Positions 37,259-47,652 are shown, numbered from the stretch's first letter. The stretch: DNA of 64,000 nt from an uncultured Candidatus Saccharibacteria bacterium (GCA_964406145.1 CAYOQP010000005.1:834-64833); one strand, 5' to 3'. Numbers and translations are program-made. Notes: generated by a model not told the origin, from the letters alone.

Positions 37259-38407
37259 CTACTTGCCGGCCTTCGCTTGATAATCTTTAATCTTTTGAAT
37301 AATCATCGATGAAGATTGTTCGAGCGAAGAGTTGTCGATTTGAAAAGCGGCTGCCATCGCATGTCCGCCGCCACCGAATAACTTGGCAATGATCGAAACA
37401 TCTTGATTTTTGTTGGTGGCACGAAGCGAACCATGAACGTCACCGTTTTTTTCCGATAGAAGTAAGGCAAAATCGACGCCAGAGGCAGTCTTGAGAAGCT
37501 CGTCGATAACACCGCTAGATTCTGGTTCCGAAGCTCCGACTTCAAGATAATCTTTTTTATAAAGCTCAGTCCAAACGAATTGATAATCGCGCTCATCACG
37601 CAAATTAGATAAGGCTCGGCCCCACAATCGTAGAGTTGAAAGGGGCTTAGTTTTGTAAATATATTTAATAATATCTTGCTGACGTCCACCAGAAGCAACC
37701 AATTGAGCAGCAACCGTTAAAGACTTTGGTGTGGTATTGGTATTCTGGAAAGAATTTGTATCAGTAATAATACCAGTCAGCAATGAAGTAGCTATTTCAT
37801 CAGAGATAAATTTAGGATCTCCGGTTAAAGTTTCCAGAACAGAAACTAAAATTTCTGAGGTTGAAGTAGCAGTAATGTCAACAAGATTGATCTTACCAAA
37901 CTGGTCGTTACCAGCGTGATGATCAATATTAACAACAGGAACATCGTAAAATATTTCCGGATTTTTCTCGTATGGGGTGCCGATTCTTTCAAGATCGGTT
38001 GAATCGAGAACAACGATTACCTCGAAATGAAAATCGCCTTCTTGCGAAGAAATCATCTCTTTGTTGAAATGTCCGCCGTTCGGCGTGATAATAAAATTAA
38101 GCTTATTGTCATCAACTTTGTACATAACCTTATCAGCCTTAACCTTAGAGATATCGAGAGAGACTATAAAATCACGAGTGCTAATGAAGTTTTGAGAGAT
38201 TTCTTTGGTCTCGGGCAGATAATCAAAAATTGGCGGAGCTTTGTCACCACAAACAGCAGTCACATCCTTGCCCATTTTTTTCAGAGACAAATAAAGCGCC
38301 AAAATACTCCCTATCGCATCGCCATCGGGATTTTTGTGGGTTAAGAGAAGAATCTTTTGTTTATTCTTCAGTATTTCAACAACTTGTTGTTTAGGTGAAA
38401 GTTCCAT
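37259..38407 (-). CDS. nrnA: DHH/DHHA1 phosphoesterase (NrnA-like oligoribonuclease/pAp phosphatase)
   Basis: DHH motifs (HKNPDGDAIGS, NIDHHAGN) and DHHA1 GGGGHAMAAAF. Confidence 0.85.
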   Translation of the reverse strand: MELSPKQQVVEILKNKQKILLLTHKNPDGDAIGSILALYLSLKKMGKDVTAVCGDKAPPIFDYLPETKEISQNFISTRDFIVSLDISKVKADKVMYKVDDNKLNFIITPNGGHFNKEMISSQEGDFHFEVIVVLDSTDLERIGTPYEKNPEIFYDVPVVNIDHHAGNDQFGKINLVDITATSTSEILVSVLETLTGDPKFISDEIATSLLTGIITDTNSFQNTNTTPKSLTVAAQLVASGGRQQDIIKYIYKTKPLSTLRLWGRALSNLRDERDYQFVWTELYKKDYLEVGASEPESSGVIDELLKTASGVDFALLLSEKNGDVHGSLRATNKNQDVSIIAKLFGGGGHAMAAAFQIDNSSLEQSSSMIIQKIKDYQAKAGK

Positions 38408-38531
38408 TTTTTCTTTCTTTTGGAAACGGTTAAATATACCATATCGTGCGTAAATGTCAAGGTGAACGAGTCGGGACTTGATTTGTTTAGTAGGTTCGAT
38501 GATACAATAAGATGAATTAGAAAAGGATTAT

Positions 38532-39971
38532 ATGGATAAAGTTACAATAAGCCCGTATCTGTTTCGAAGTTTGGATATTCGAGGAGCCGATCCGGAGTAT
38601 GTCAAATCACAAAATATTACTCCTGGTTCGCTCAAAGAAAAGAGTGCACATGGTTGTCCACTAGGAGTCGACCAAGCTTATGTAATTGGCCGTTCGATAG
38701 CAGAACAATTTCGCCCCCAAAAAATAGTCGTCGGCCAAGATACTAGACTCTCGTCGCCAGAATTAGCCGAAGCACTAATAAAGGGCCTGACCGATCAGGG
38801 CGTCAACGTCGATTCCATCGGCCTCGTCACGACCGAGGCTTTTTATTTCGCCATTGGCAATTATAAATATGAAATGGGTGTCATGGTTACCGGGTCGCAC
38901 ACGATCAAATATCTAAATGGCTTTAAGATATCAAAATTCGATAACGGCAGAGTCTTTCCCATTGCTCAAGGTATTGGCATGGAAGAGCTCAAAGAGACAG
39001 CCCTGAATCAGGTCTTTTCTGAGCCAACCAATAAAGGTGATGTAAGAGAAATTAATATTCTGGATGATTTCAAGAATCATATTCTTTCTCTTTTTGATTA
39101 TAAAAATTTCAAAAAACAGAAAGTTGTTTTTGATGCCGCCAACAGTGTCGGCGGTAAGACAGCTGAAGGAGTGATTGACGCTTTGCCGATCGAAGCCGTC
39201 AAAATAAATTTCGATCTTGATGGCAATTTCCCAAATCATGAACCAGATCCGATGATTCCAGAAAATATCAAACAATTAGTCAGTAAAATGGATAGCGAGA
39301 AAGCTGATTTTGGCGTCGCTTGGGATGGAGACGCTGATAGGATGACTTTGGTGACGCCGGACGGAGAAATACTAACTGGTAGTTTTATCTCACCAATGCT
39401 TTTGCCCTGGGTTGCCGAAAAACACCCAAATTCAAATGTTATTGTTTCAATTGTAATGAGCTGGGCATCAAGTAGAGCGGCAGAAAAACTTGGCATGAAA
39501 GTGGTCTACTCTCGAGTTGGCAATTCATTTATCAAAATCGCCATGAAAGACAACGCTGCAGTTTTTGGCTGTGAAGAGGCCGACCATTTTATGTTTGAAG
39601 AGTCGTTCTGGGCCGAAAGCAGCACTATACCATTTATGATTGTACTTGATCGAATAGCCAAAAGCGGTAAAACATTTTCCGATCTTTTGTCTGAAGCCAA
39701 GGGAAATCTTTTAATCTCTGGGGATGTAAATATGGAAGTCAAAGATGCGACAAAAGTACTTCAAGCAGTAGAGGAAGTATACAAAAATGAAGGTGGCCAG
39801 ATTAATAAAATGGATGGCCTGACGATATCATTTGATGATTGGCATTTTACCCTAAGGCCATCGCTAAATGATCCTGTCGTTAGACTTAATCTTGAGGCGC
39901 AATCGCAGACAAAACTTGAAAGTGAAATTAAGAAAATTAAAGAAATTGTCGATAAAGCTAAAAATGATTAG
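38532..39971 (+). CDS. Alpha-D-phosphohexomutase family (phosphomannomutase/phosphoglucomutase-like)
   Basis: Active-site loop GVMVTGSH, metal-binding GVAWDGDADR, and sugar-binding loop; 479 aa. Confidence 0.8.
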   Translation: MDKVTISPYLFRSLDIRGADPEYVKSQNITPGSLKEKSAHGCPLGVDQAYVIGRSIAEQFRPQKIVVGQDTRLSSPELAEALIKGLTDQGVNVDSIGLVTTEAFYFAIGNYKYEMGVMVTGSHTIKYLNGFKISKFDNGRVFPIAQGIGMEELKETALNQVFSEPTNKGDVREINILDDFKNHILSLFDYKNFKKQKVVFDAANSVGGKTAEGVIDALPIEAVKINFDLDGNFPNHEPDPMIPENIKQLVSKMDSEKADFGVAWDGDADRMTLVTPDGEILTGSFISPMLLPWVAEKHPNSNVIVSIVMSWASSRAAEKLGMKVVYSRVGNSFIKIAMKDNAAVFGCEEADHFMFEESFWAESSTIPFMIVLDRIAKSGKTFSDLLSEAKGNLLISGDVNMEVKDATKVLQAVEEVYKNEGGQINKMDGLTISFDDWHFTLRPSLNDPVVRLNLEAQSQTKLESEIKKIKEIVDKAKND

Positions 39972-40045
39972 CTTGACTTTGTTGTCATATTTGATCTTTT
40001 AAGGTAATATTCAATGCTAGAAAATAATTATTGATCGGAAAAAAA

Positions 40046-41119
40046 ATGAAAATTGCAATTATAACTTGTACTATGCCCGATAGCATCAAACAAGCCCCTG
40101 TGGCTTAGAAGGCGAAAAGAAGAGGCCACCAAATCATACTCATTCATACCAATCAGCATTATGATAATGATCTTTTCCTCGGCATGTACAAATCAGTTGA
40201 ACTCAGAAATCCAGACCACATCCTTAATCAGGGATTTACACTCGGAACCGCAATAGAAAGTCTGACAAAACTGTTTGACGAAATTAAGCCGGAAATTGTT
40301 TTGGTCCATGGCGACACAAAAACAGCGATGGTGGCAGCGGTAGCAGCACATTTCCTTGGAATTCCTGTCGGTCACGTCGAGGCAGGACTTCGAACAGAAA
40401 CAAGGGAACCTTGGCCAGAACAAACAGACACTAGGATTGCTGATGCTTGCAGTAATCTTTTCTTTGCTCCGACTGAAAAAATGGCTTGTTATCTTAGAGA
40501 TGAAAAATTTCATAAAGACGATATCATTGTTTGCGGTAACACTGTCGTCGATATCGCCAGAGCTATGGCAAAAAGAAATCCTCGCAAAGAAACAAACAAA
40601 GTTTATTTCTCATCTCACCGAGAAGAAAATCTCAAGTCGAAGCTCAGATTTTCAAATGTCGTTAAATTCGCCAATTTCCTTGTAAACGAGGGTCTTGAGG
40701 TCAACTGGGTAATGAGACCAAAAACAATACAGAAAATTGAAGAGTATGATCTTGAATTAGACGAAAGAATTATTAAAATCGGCAATCTAAGTTACCCTGA
40801 ATCAATCAAACTTCTCAATGAATCGCGTTTCGCTTGTGTTGACTCCGGTGGCTTACAAGAAGAATCATCAGCCCTAAATGTTCCATGTCTTACAATGAGA
40901 TATGTTACTGATAGACCAGAAACAACCGAGATCGGTTGCAACAGATTAACGACACTTGAATTGCCCAAAATGATTGAAGCCTACAAATATCTTGTTGAGA
41001 ATTATAAGGAAATGAGTAGCAAAAAGTGTCCTTACGGAGACGGAGACTCTTCGGAAAAAATTGTTGAATTCATCGAAAAAAGAAAAGATAGTCTTATTCG
41101 TTGGGCCGGACAAATCTAG
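40046..41119 (+). pseudogene. wecB: UDP-N-acetylglucosamine 2-epimerase (WecB) interrupted by an in-frame TAG at codon 21 (40106-40108)
   Basis: ATG at 40046 gives MKIAIITCTMPDSIKQAPVA, the canonical WecB N-terminus, then TAG. The same frame continues ..GHQIILIHTNQHYDNDLF.. into the 40184-41119 ORF, which has LVHGDTKTAMVAAVAAHFLGIPVGHVEAGLRT. Confidence 0.6.
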
Positions 41120-41194
41120 TATTGAGCTCTTTAACCTTTACTTTTGTCGAACTCTATGGTAAGATAACCTACGACTTAATTAATCAGATTACCT

Positions 41195-41464
41195 ATGCCA
41201 ATTATCAAATCAGCCAAAAAGGCGCTACGTGCTAGCCTCAGAAAAAAAGAAAACAACGACCTAACGCGGTCCAAAATTAAAAGTGCCGTTAAGGGCGTCC
41301 GTGCTGCAGCCAAGACAGAAGACAAAAAGACTCCAGAGTTGCTCAGCAAAGCATATCGAGAGCTCGACCTGGCCGCCAAGAAAAACGTCATTCATAAAAA
41401 TAAAGCAAGCAGACTTAAATCTCGACTAACAAAACTGATTACAACATCAACCAAAAAGAAATAG
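41195..41464 (+). CDS. rpsT: 30S ribosomal protein S20
   Basis: MPIIKSAKKALRASLRKKENN... basic helical protein; 89 aa. Confidence 0.9.
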   Translation: MPIIKSAKKALRASLRKKENNDLTRSKIKSAVKGVRAAAKTEDKKTPELLSKAYRELDLAAKKNVIHKNKASRLKSRLTKLITTSTKKK

Positions 41465-41474
41465 GTACTATATA

Positions 41475-41507
41475 AAAAATACCCCCGAATAATCGAGGGT
41501 ATTTTTT
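41475..41507. terminator. Bidirectional terminator aaaaataccc-ccgaataatcga-gggtattttt
   Basis: 10-bp stem between convergent rpsT and lepB. Confidence 0.65.
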
Positions 41508-41515
41508 ATTCTCCC

Positions 41516-42079
41516 CTAGATATCTTTGGTCAAACGAAAGCGAGGATAAATAACGGAAATAGCCTTGCCAAGTAAAAATCTTTTTTTAACTAGTCCGAAG
41601 GCTCTAGAATCGCTTGAGTTTGCCCTGTTGTCACCAAGAACAAAGTACTGTTCACGACCCAAAACCCACGAACCATTATCTTTGTCGTACACTTTAGTGA
41701 TTGTATCCAATGGAAGATAATTCTCTGATTGTTTAATGTCATTAATAAAAACGGCGCCTTCTTTTATGTCAACTTTTTCTCCGGGCAAGCCGATGATCCT
41801 TTTAACATACTTTTTGTTGTTTGGGTCTCCGGGATAATTCATAACAACGATATCACCCCTTTTGGGAACTTCCTTGTCATAAATGTTTTTATTCCAAAAA
41901 ACCCATTCTTTTGTTTTGAGGCTTGGATCCATTGATTCGCCATCGACGATAAAAATACCAAAGAAGAAGGTATTTACGATCATAAAGACAACGATCACAA
42001 AAATAAACCATTTTGCTAGATCAAAAAGAACACCGCCGCCATATATAATCTTGCTAAAAAGTGAAAGTAAAAAATCCAT
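41516..42079 (-). CDS. lepB: Signal peptidase I
   Basis: Catalytic Ser (GESMDPS), KRIIGLPGE and GDNRANSSDSR boxes. Confidence 0.9.
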   Translation of the reverse strand: MDFLLSLFSKIIYGGGVLFDLAKWFIFVIVVFMIVNTFFFGIFIVDGESMDPSLKTKEWVFWNKNIYDKEVPKRGDIVVMNYPGDPNNKKYVKRIIGLPGEKVDIKEGAVFINDIKQSENYLPLDTITKVYDKDNGSWVLGREQYFVLGDNRANSSDSRAFGLVKKRFLLGKAISVIYPRFRLTKDI

Positions 42080-42094
42080 TTTTTGTTTTTATTA

Positions 42095-43582
42095 TTATTC
42101 AAATCCTGGCTCTCTTACGGCCGCTAAAGATCTAGCGACGTAAGAAACAAGTGGAAATAAAGACAAGCAAAAATCCTGTAAGCCAAGCCCTGATTGAGAA
42201 GAGACATACCAATCAGGAATGACAAAGTTTTGCTCCGAAAACCTCTTGGCCCAGGCAACTTCACAATCAAAAACTATTGCGTATGCCAAATATTTTTGGA
42301 AAAGATCCTGGCTTTCGTAAGAAAATGGTAGCTTTTCTGGATTGGAAAGATATTTACGAAAAGCCAACCAGTTACTCATAGCCTCCTGACCAAGAATTGT
42401 TCTCGATGGTATGTTCTTGGCTGTCAGCGTAATTATAATGCCAGAAACCATCATGCCGACCCAGAAGAAAGCAACATAAGGGGGGTTAGAAAAAATAAGT
42501 AAGCTCAAGATGAATCCACCAAGACCAACAAAAAAGCTTAAAATCCCCAGAAGCTGATATTTCAGGTGAAGCTTTTGTGGATTAACTTGGAAATAGCCTA
42601 GTCTGGTCGCTAATACATAAATTCCTGAAGAGACGAGGGAAATTTTTTTGCTGTAAAGATGATTATTTATTCTTTCTTCTATCTCGGCCTTATCAGAAAC
42701 TAAATTTTTGCGAAATATTTTTGATAGTAGTATTTTTTCGTAAGATAGCAATCTTTTGTCTAAACGATTCTTAGCAAAAGCAAAGTCTCTCTCTCGATCC
42801 AATATATAAATATCACCACGAAGAGCAAGATCAATTAATGTTGCAGCAATTTCCCTAGCGCCAACTTTCTGTTTGTAAAGTACCCCGACCAGTGCCGGAG
42901 GAAGCGCCATCGGTGGTGAATTTGTCTCCTCAGGAGGAACTTCAACCTTCTGTCTTCTGGCCTGATATGCAATAAAAAGAATCATGAAGGCTAATGTACT
43001 CAAAGGCAAGATAAGCGCCAGAAATAGCCAAAAGCTCGATTTAAGATTCTCAATAATTGAATAAATTTGATAAGAAAGTGGAAATTTGACCGTACCCTCT
43101 GGCATATCAACAGTTATAGAAAAAAGTGCCGTAGCATCAACATCTTTGGCAATATAGACTATAGTCGTGCCGTTCTTCATCAATGCGTCAGAAGATCCAA
43201 CACCATGAGAACCAGTCGAATTAAATGTTGAGCTTCCGGCCACAGACTTCGGCAGTTTTAGTTCAACATTGACTTCGCTATAAGACTGACCAACATTATC
43301 CAATATCGGCAATATCAGCTCATCTTTGCCATCAATTCTTTTAATTTTTTCTTTTATTTTTTGACCATCGACCAAAACAGAACCGTCAGGAGTGATTTCA
43401 ACTTTTACATTTAGTTTGTCCTGCGTCAAAGCCGGATCATAAAAATCAACATCGGCCTTGAAAAATTTGATACCAGAAAAGACTATTAGGCAAAGACAAA
43501 GAGTGAAGCCCAAAAAAGCCATCTTGCGCCAATATAAACCGAGCACAGGGCGACTGGTGCTGTTTTTTTCTTTTATTCCCAA
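42095..43582 (-). CDS. Membrane protein (DUF2207-like architecture)
   Basis: N-terminal TM, large extracytoplasmic beta-rich domain, then 3-4 TM helices and a cytoplasmic tail; 495 aa. Confidence 0.45.
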   Translation of the reverse strand: MGIKEKNSTSRPVLGLYWRKMAFLGFTLCLCLIVFSGIKFFKADVDFYDPALTQDKLNVKVEITPDGSVLVDGQKIKEKIKRIDGKDELILPILDNVGQSYSEVNVELKLPKSVAGSSTFNSTGSHGVGSSDALMKNGTTIVYIAKDVDATALFSITVDMPEGTVKFPLSYQIYSIIENLKSSFWLFLALILPLSTLAFMILFIAYQARRQKVEVPPEETNSPPMALPPALVGVLYKQKVGAREIAATLIDLALRGDIYILDRERDFAFAKNRLDKRLLSYEKILLSKIFRKNLVSDKAEIEERINNHLYSKKISLVSSGIYVLATRLGYFQVNPQKLHLKYQLLGILSFFVGLGGFILSLLIFSNPPYVAFFWVGMMVSGIIITLTAKNIPSRTILGQEAMSNWLAFRKYLSNPEKLPFSYESQDLFQKYLAYAIVFDCEVAWAKRFSEQNFVIPDWYVSSQSGLGLQDFCLSLFPLVSYVARSLAAVREPGFE

Positions 43583-43613
43583 ATTATCCCTCCGAGATTC
43601 AATAAGAGGATCT

Positions 43614-44603
43614 TTATCTTATTTTATCACTTTTACAAAAATCAACAAAGAGCATAACTAAGGCAGTTTCTATTTCTGACCGGCCAGTCTTAATCTGCCA
43701 ATCTATGTCTCCGAGTCTGGCGTAAAAAGATACTAGCTCACCCTTTTGGAACTTTGATAAGGAATACTCAATTTTTTTGACCACAAAAGGATGCAAACCA
43801 GAAAGTTTAGCAATATCGTTCTTTTTTCCTAGATTTATAAGATCTTCAACGATTAGCATATTCCTAACCTGATAAATAATCATATTAAAGACCAAGAATA
43901 AATCCTCGCCGGCGCGAACGAAATCATTGAATATCCCAATCACCTTTTTGCCATTACGGCTAGCTAAAGCGTCGGTTAAATCAAAAATTTTAAGTGTTAT
44001 ATTGGGCTCAATTAATTTCTCAACATTTTCTTCAGTTATTTCGGTCTGATTAATCGATTTTACGTACAATATTAACTTTAATAATTCGTTCTCGAGTTGC
44101 CACAAATCGGGACCAACATATTGAGAGACTTTTGATAAAGCCTGATTGGTAATCTTAAGATCACTTTGAGTCACTAAATCAGTTATAAACTGTCTGATCT
44201 TTATCTCGTTTGGCGGAGGAAAATTCTTAGAATTGATTTTTTCCAGAAATTTAAACAGTGCCCCTCTGGCATCTGGCTTGCCTTCTTCAACAAAAATCAC
44301 CTTCGATTTTTCGGGAATTTGTTCAAGATATTTTAAAATCTTTTTCTCCATTTCCTTGTTGTCACCATTAATAAGGAAATTTTTAATCACCGTTAACTTC
44401 TCTTCGCCCAAAAAAGGCGCTGACATGATCGAATTAATAAAAGCTTCAAGAGTAAGATCATTTGACTCAAAAATTTTAATATTTAGATCGCTCTTTTCCT
44501 TTTCGATAAAATTTGCCACTAATTTTCTAGTGACATTTTTGATAGAGTAGACGTCTTCGCCATAAATAAAAATAATTCTGTCTTTCATTTGCAAGACGCC
44601 CAA
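43614..44603 (-). CDS. holA: DNA polymerase III delta subunit
   Basis: Size and clamp-loader delta N-terminal pattern (IIFIYGEDVYSIKN); overlaps the polA polymerase-domain gene by 19 nt. Confidence 0.7.
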   Translation of the reverse strand: MGVLQMKDRIIFIYGEDVYSIKNVTRKLVANFIEKEKSDLNIKIFESNDLTLEAFINSIMSAPFLGEEKLTVIKNFLINGDNKEMEKKILKYLEQIPEKSKVIFVEEGKPDARGALFKFLEKINSKNFPPPNEIKIRQFITDLVTQSDLKITNQALSKVSQYVGPDLWQLENELLKLILYVKSINQTEITEENVEKLIEPNITLKIFDLTDALASRNGKKVIGIFNDFVRAGEDLFLVFNMIIYQVRNMLIVEDLINLGKKNDIAKLSGLHPFVVKKIEYSLSKFQKGELVSFYARLGDIDWQIKTGRSEIETALVMLFVDFCKSDKIR

Positions 44604-45850
44604 CTATCTCCCTTGCCAGTACTAACTTCTATCGGGACGCATAATTTAATTACGTTTTCCATTGTCTCTTTGAGCAACTGCTCAACTTTTGTTGAGACTG
44701 CTTTCGGCGCCTCAAGAACTAATTCATCATGGACAGTTAGAAGTATCTTTGCTTCTGGATATTCTTTTTCAAGTTTTTTCTCCAATTCGATCATCGCCAT
44801 TTTCAAAATTTCGGCCGCCGTTCCTTGTACTGGCATATTAATTGCCATTCTTTCCTCAGCCTCGGCCACGAATCTCATTTGAGAATTGATATTGGGCAAA
44901 TAGCGTCTAGTACCAAATAATGTTTCAACATAACCTTTGGTATGCGCTAGATCAATCATTTTATTAATGTAGTCTCCAATTCCAACATGGACATCAAAAT
45001 AATCTCGAATATACTTACCAGCCTCTTCAACGTCAATGCCCAACGCCTGAGAAAGACCATAAGGGGTTTGACCATAAACAATGCCAAAGTTGACTGCTTT
45101 AGCCTTGCGACGCTGATCACCAGTTACCTTGTTCTGCTCGATATGAAATATCTCGGCGGCAGTGCGAGCATGAATATCTTCACCATTCTTAAAAGCCTCA
45201 ATCATCGCCTTGTCCTGTGCCAAACACGCCACGACTCGAAGTTCAATCTGAGAATAATCTGCCGCAATTAAATCACAGCCAGAAGCAGGTATGAAAGCCC
45301 TTCGAATCTCTGTACCGTATGCCCCACGGATAGGTATATTTTGTAAATTTGGTTCAGACGATGTTAGACGACCAGTCGAAGTCTCCAAACTATAAGTTGT
45401 GTGCAATCTCTCATTTTCATCAACAAGCATCGGCAATGGTTTCAAGTAAGTCGAAATAAGCTTAGAGAGTTCGCGATATTCAAGAATTTCCGCAATTACA
45501 GGATGGCTTGCTTCGATCTTCTTGAGCTCGGCCGCCGCAGTTGAAAGACCTGATTTGGTTTTTTTGATACCATCTGATGACAATTTTAGATCGACAAATA
45601 GCACATCGGCCATCTGAGACGGTGAACTTATGTTGAATTCCCTGCCAGCAAGCTTAAATATTTTCTTTTCTAATTCTTTAAGCTTAAGAGATAGCTTTTG
45701 ATCTAGCTTCTTCAAAGCCAGACAGTCCACCCTAATTCCTGTTGCCTCCATCTTTCGCAAAACTGGCTCGATCGCCAAATCAATCTCACTAGAAGTAATG
45801 GAGGGAATTTTGATGCCTAATTTTTCAGCTTTTTCTATTAATTCTTTCAT
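44585..45850 (-). CDS. polA: DNA polymerase I, polymerase (family A palm/fingers/thumb) domain only
   Basis: Motif A LLTVHDELVLE-like (ADYSQIELRV), motif B RRKAKAVNFGIVYGQTPYGLS, motif C VHDELVLE. No 3'-5' exonuclease or 5'-nuclease domain in this ORF. Confidence 0.9.
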   Translation of the reverse strand: MKELIEKAEKLGIKIPSITSSEIDLAIEPVLRKMEATGIRVDCLALKKLDQKLSLKLKELEKKIFKLAGREFNISSPSQMADVLFVDLKLSSDGIKKTKSGLSTAAAELKKIEASHPVIAEILEYRELSKLISTYLKPLPMLVDENERLHTTYSLETSTGRLTSSEPNLQNIPIRGAYGTEIRRAFIPASGCDLIAADYSQIELRVVACLAQDKAMIEAFKNGEDIHARTAAEIFHIEQNKVTGDQRRKAKAVNFGIVYGQTPYGLSQALGIDVEEAGKYIRDYFDVHVGIGDYINKMIDLAHTKGYVETLFGTRRYLPNINSQMRFVAEAEERMAINMPVQGTAAEILKMAMIELEKKLEKEYPEAKILLTVHDELVLEAPKAVSTKVEQLLKETMENVIKLCVPIEVSTGKGDSWASCK

Positions 45851-46275
45851 TATATTTTTTTCCAGAAAAATCTAAATCGATCACCCTCAACAAAATCTTT
45901 GTTTTTATAAAAAGTCATGTCGAGATCATTTTCATGGGCAATTAACCAAATATTTTTAACACCTTTAATCTCAAATCGTTTGGTTATTTTGTTTAAAAGT
46001 TTTGTTCCTATCCCCCGATCTCTGAAATTCTGATCTACTACCAATAAATCTATATAACCACTCTGGCGACTTAGTATATAGCCCAGAACAAAACCTACTA
46101 CTTTTTTGTTAATTAGTGCAACTAAAAAAACTCCACTCTTGGAACCGCTTTTAAGTTCGGATTCGGTTGGATAAATATCAGGGCCAGTTTCAAGCTCCTC
46201 TAATCTTGCCAGCTTAGCACATGTTGCTAGTTCATCTTTCTTTACTTTTCTAATCTTAAGATTTATCTCATTCAT
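45850..46275 (-). CDS. GNAT-family N-acetyltransferase
   Basis: Acetyl-CoA binding motif VVDQNFRDRGIGTKLL; 141 aa. Confidence 0.85.
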   Translation of the reverse strand: MNEINLKIRKVKKDELATCAKLARLEELETGPDIYPTESELKSGSKSGVFLVALINKKVVGFVLGYILSRQSGYIDLLVVDQNFRDRGIGTKLLNKITKRFEIKGVKNIWLIAHENDLDMTFYKNKDFVEGDRFRFFWKKI

Positions 46276-46288
46276 TTTGAACCTTTTT

Positions 46289-47269
46289 CTACAAAAGTTT
46301 TAATTGTTCATCTTCTTTTTTTTGCTCTTTGGCTTTTTCAGTTTTGGGTTCGTTTGATGGAATTGCCCCAAAGCGACGCAGAAGTGAATTAAACTGCATT
46401 CTCTGAAAAAAACCAATCACGTCTTCTTTATCATAATCACCCCAGAGACAATCTTCAAGATTGAAATCAAGTGGCACGTCGCGACGGATTGTCGCCAACC
46501 TTTGAGAGAGAAAAGCTTGTTCCTTATAATCTTTCAATAATCCAATGATCCGAGGCTTAACATCAAGATCAGTCCCCTCGTCGATTATTTTATAAATATT
46601 TTTTAAAGTATCGTATTTTTGAAGCAAATCTATCGCTGTCTTGGGACCAATGCCGGGAACACCTGGAATATTATCAGAAGAATCTCCAGCCAAGGCTTTG
46701 AGATCGATAAAATCTTCCGGATCCAATCCCCACTCCTCCTTAATTACTCTGCGATCAACTATCTGACCTTGAGATAAGCCCTTTTTGAGATCATAGACAT
46801 GGATATTACCATCGACTAACTGGAAGGCATCTTTATCACCAGTCACTATATAAACTTCAAATCCTTCAAATTGTTGTTTTGGATTCCGGACTTCGAATTT
46901 ATCCGAGATCGTACCGATACAATCATCTGCCTCAAAACCTTCCTTGGCATAGATTGGAATATTTAAAACACCTAATAATTCTTTGACCTTAGGAATTTGA
47001 TCATAAAGCTCCTGATCAGCCTTAAGTCGAGTACCCTTGTATTCTTTAAATTCTTCATGACGAAATGTTGGTCCAGCTAGATCAAATGATGCGGCAATAT
47101 ATTCCGGCTTTAAGTCTTCCAAAACCTTAATCAATGTCGTCATATAACCATAGACGGCATTCGTCAATTCCCCTGTCGAAGTCGACATATTCTTGGGCAA
47201 AGCATGATAGGCGCGATGGATTATTGCATTAGAATCAATTAGGACCAAGGTTTTGGAATTCTTATTCAT
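46289..47269 (-). CDS. 5'-3' exonuclease (Pol I N-terminal domain / FEN-like), stand-alone
   Basis: TLVLIDSNAIIHRAYHALP, acidic metal-binding clusters and an H3TH region; 326 aa. Confidence 0.9.
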   Translation of the reverse strand: MNKNSKTLVLIDSNAIIHRAYHALPKNMSTSTGELTNAVYGYMTTLIKVLEDLKPEYIAASFDLAGPTFRHEEFKEYKGTRLKADQELYDQIPKVKELLGVLNIPIYAKEGFEADDCIGTISDKFEVRNPKQQFEGFEVYIVTGDKDAFQLVDGNIHVYDLKKGLSQGQIVDRRVIKEEWGLDPEDFIDLKALAGDSSDNIPGVPGIGPKTAIDLLQKYDTLKNIYKIIDEGTDLDVKPRIIGLLKDYKEQAFLSQRLATIRRDVPLDFNLEDCLWGDYDKEDVIGFFQRMQFNSLLRRFGAIPSNEPKTEKAKEQKKEDEQLKLL

Positions 47270-47360
47270 ATTCTGATATTAGCCCAAAGGAGTTTAAAAA
47301 GAAAGAAAAACAATCGGCCCCCGAATTGTAGTACGGGAGCCGACGGCTGGGTGAACGGCC

Positions 47361-47519
47361 TTATACGGCCTGACGCTGTTGCTGCTTGCGCAGTTCCTGG
47401 CGATGACGCCGGGAGCCTTGAGGCGCGGCCTTGACCTTACCGGCGTTTTTGCCGGTGACCTTTGCGCCCTTGGGGCAGTGATGACGAGACTTGCGCTTCG
47501 CGCCATTGGAACGAGACAA
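47361..47519 (-). CDS. GC-rich small highly basic ORF (52 aa); frame uncertain
   Basis: ggagg SD followed 6 nt later by TTG. Translation MSRSNGAKRKSRHHCPKGAKVTGKNAGKVKAAPQGSRRHRQELRKQQQRQAV. The alternative overlapping frames listed in the ORF track (47294-47548 minus; 47379-47588 plus) lack an RBS. Confidence 0.25.
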   Translation of the reverse strand: MSRSNGAKRKSRHHCPKGAKVTGKNAGKVKAAPQGSRRHRQELRKQQQRQAV

Positions 47520-47613
47520 GATGGACCTCCTCTGTGGCAAACGACCACTATGCGGGATGGAATATATTTACAGAAAATTTTAGATTAAGTCAAATTGTGC
47601 CATAAACGTAGCT

Positions 47614-47640
47614 GCGCCCCCCGAACAGGTCGGGGGGCGC
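47614..47640. terminator. Strong GC hairpin gcgccccccga-acagg-tcggggggcgc
   Basis: 11-bp perfect inverted repeat just downstream of the stop of the 47653-48840 gene. Confidence 0.5.
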
Positions 47641-47652
47641 AGGATAGCAGGG

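Noticed and set aside
47379-47588. 69-aa plus-strand ORF and 84-aa minus-strand ORF in the GC-rich stretch after the polA exonuclease gene
   Set aside because: Neither has an RBS and both are typical GC-rich open frames. The overlapping SD-preceded 52-aa basic frame is more plausible but still low-confidence.
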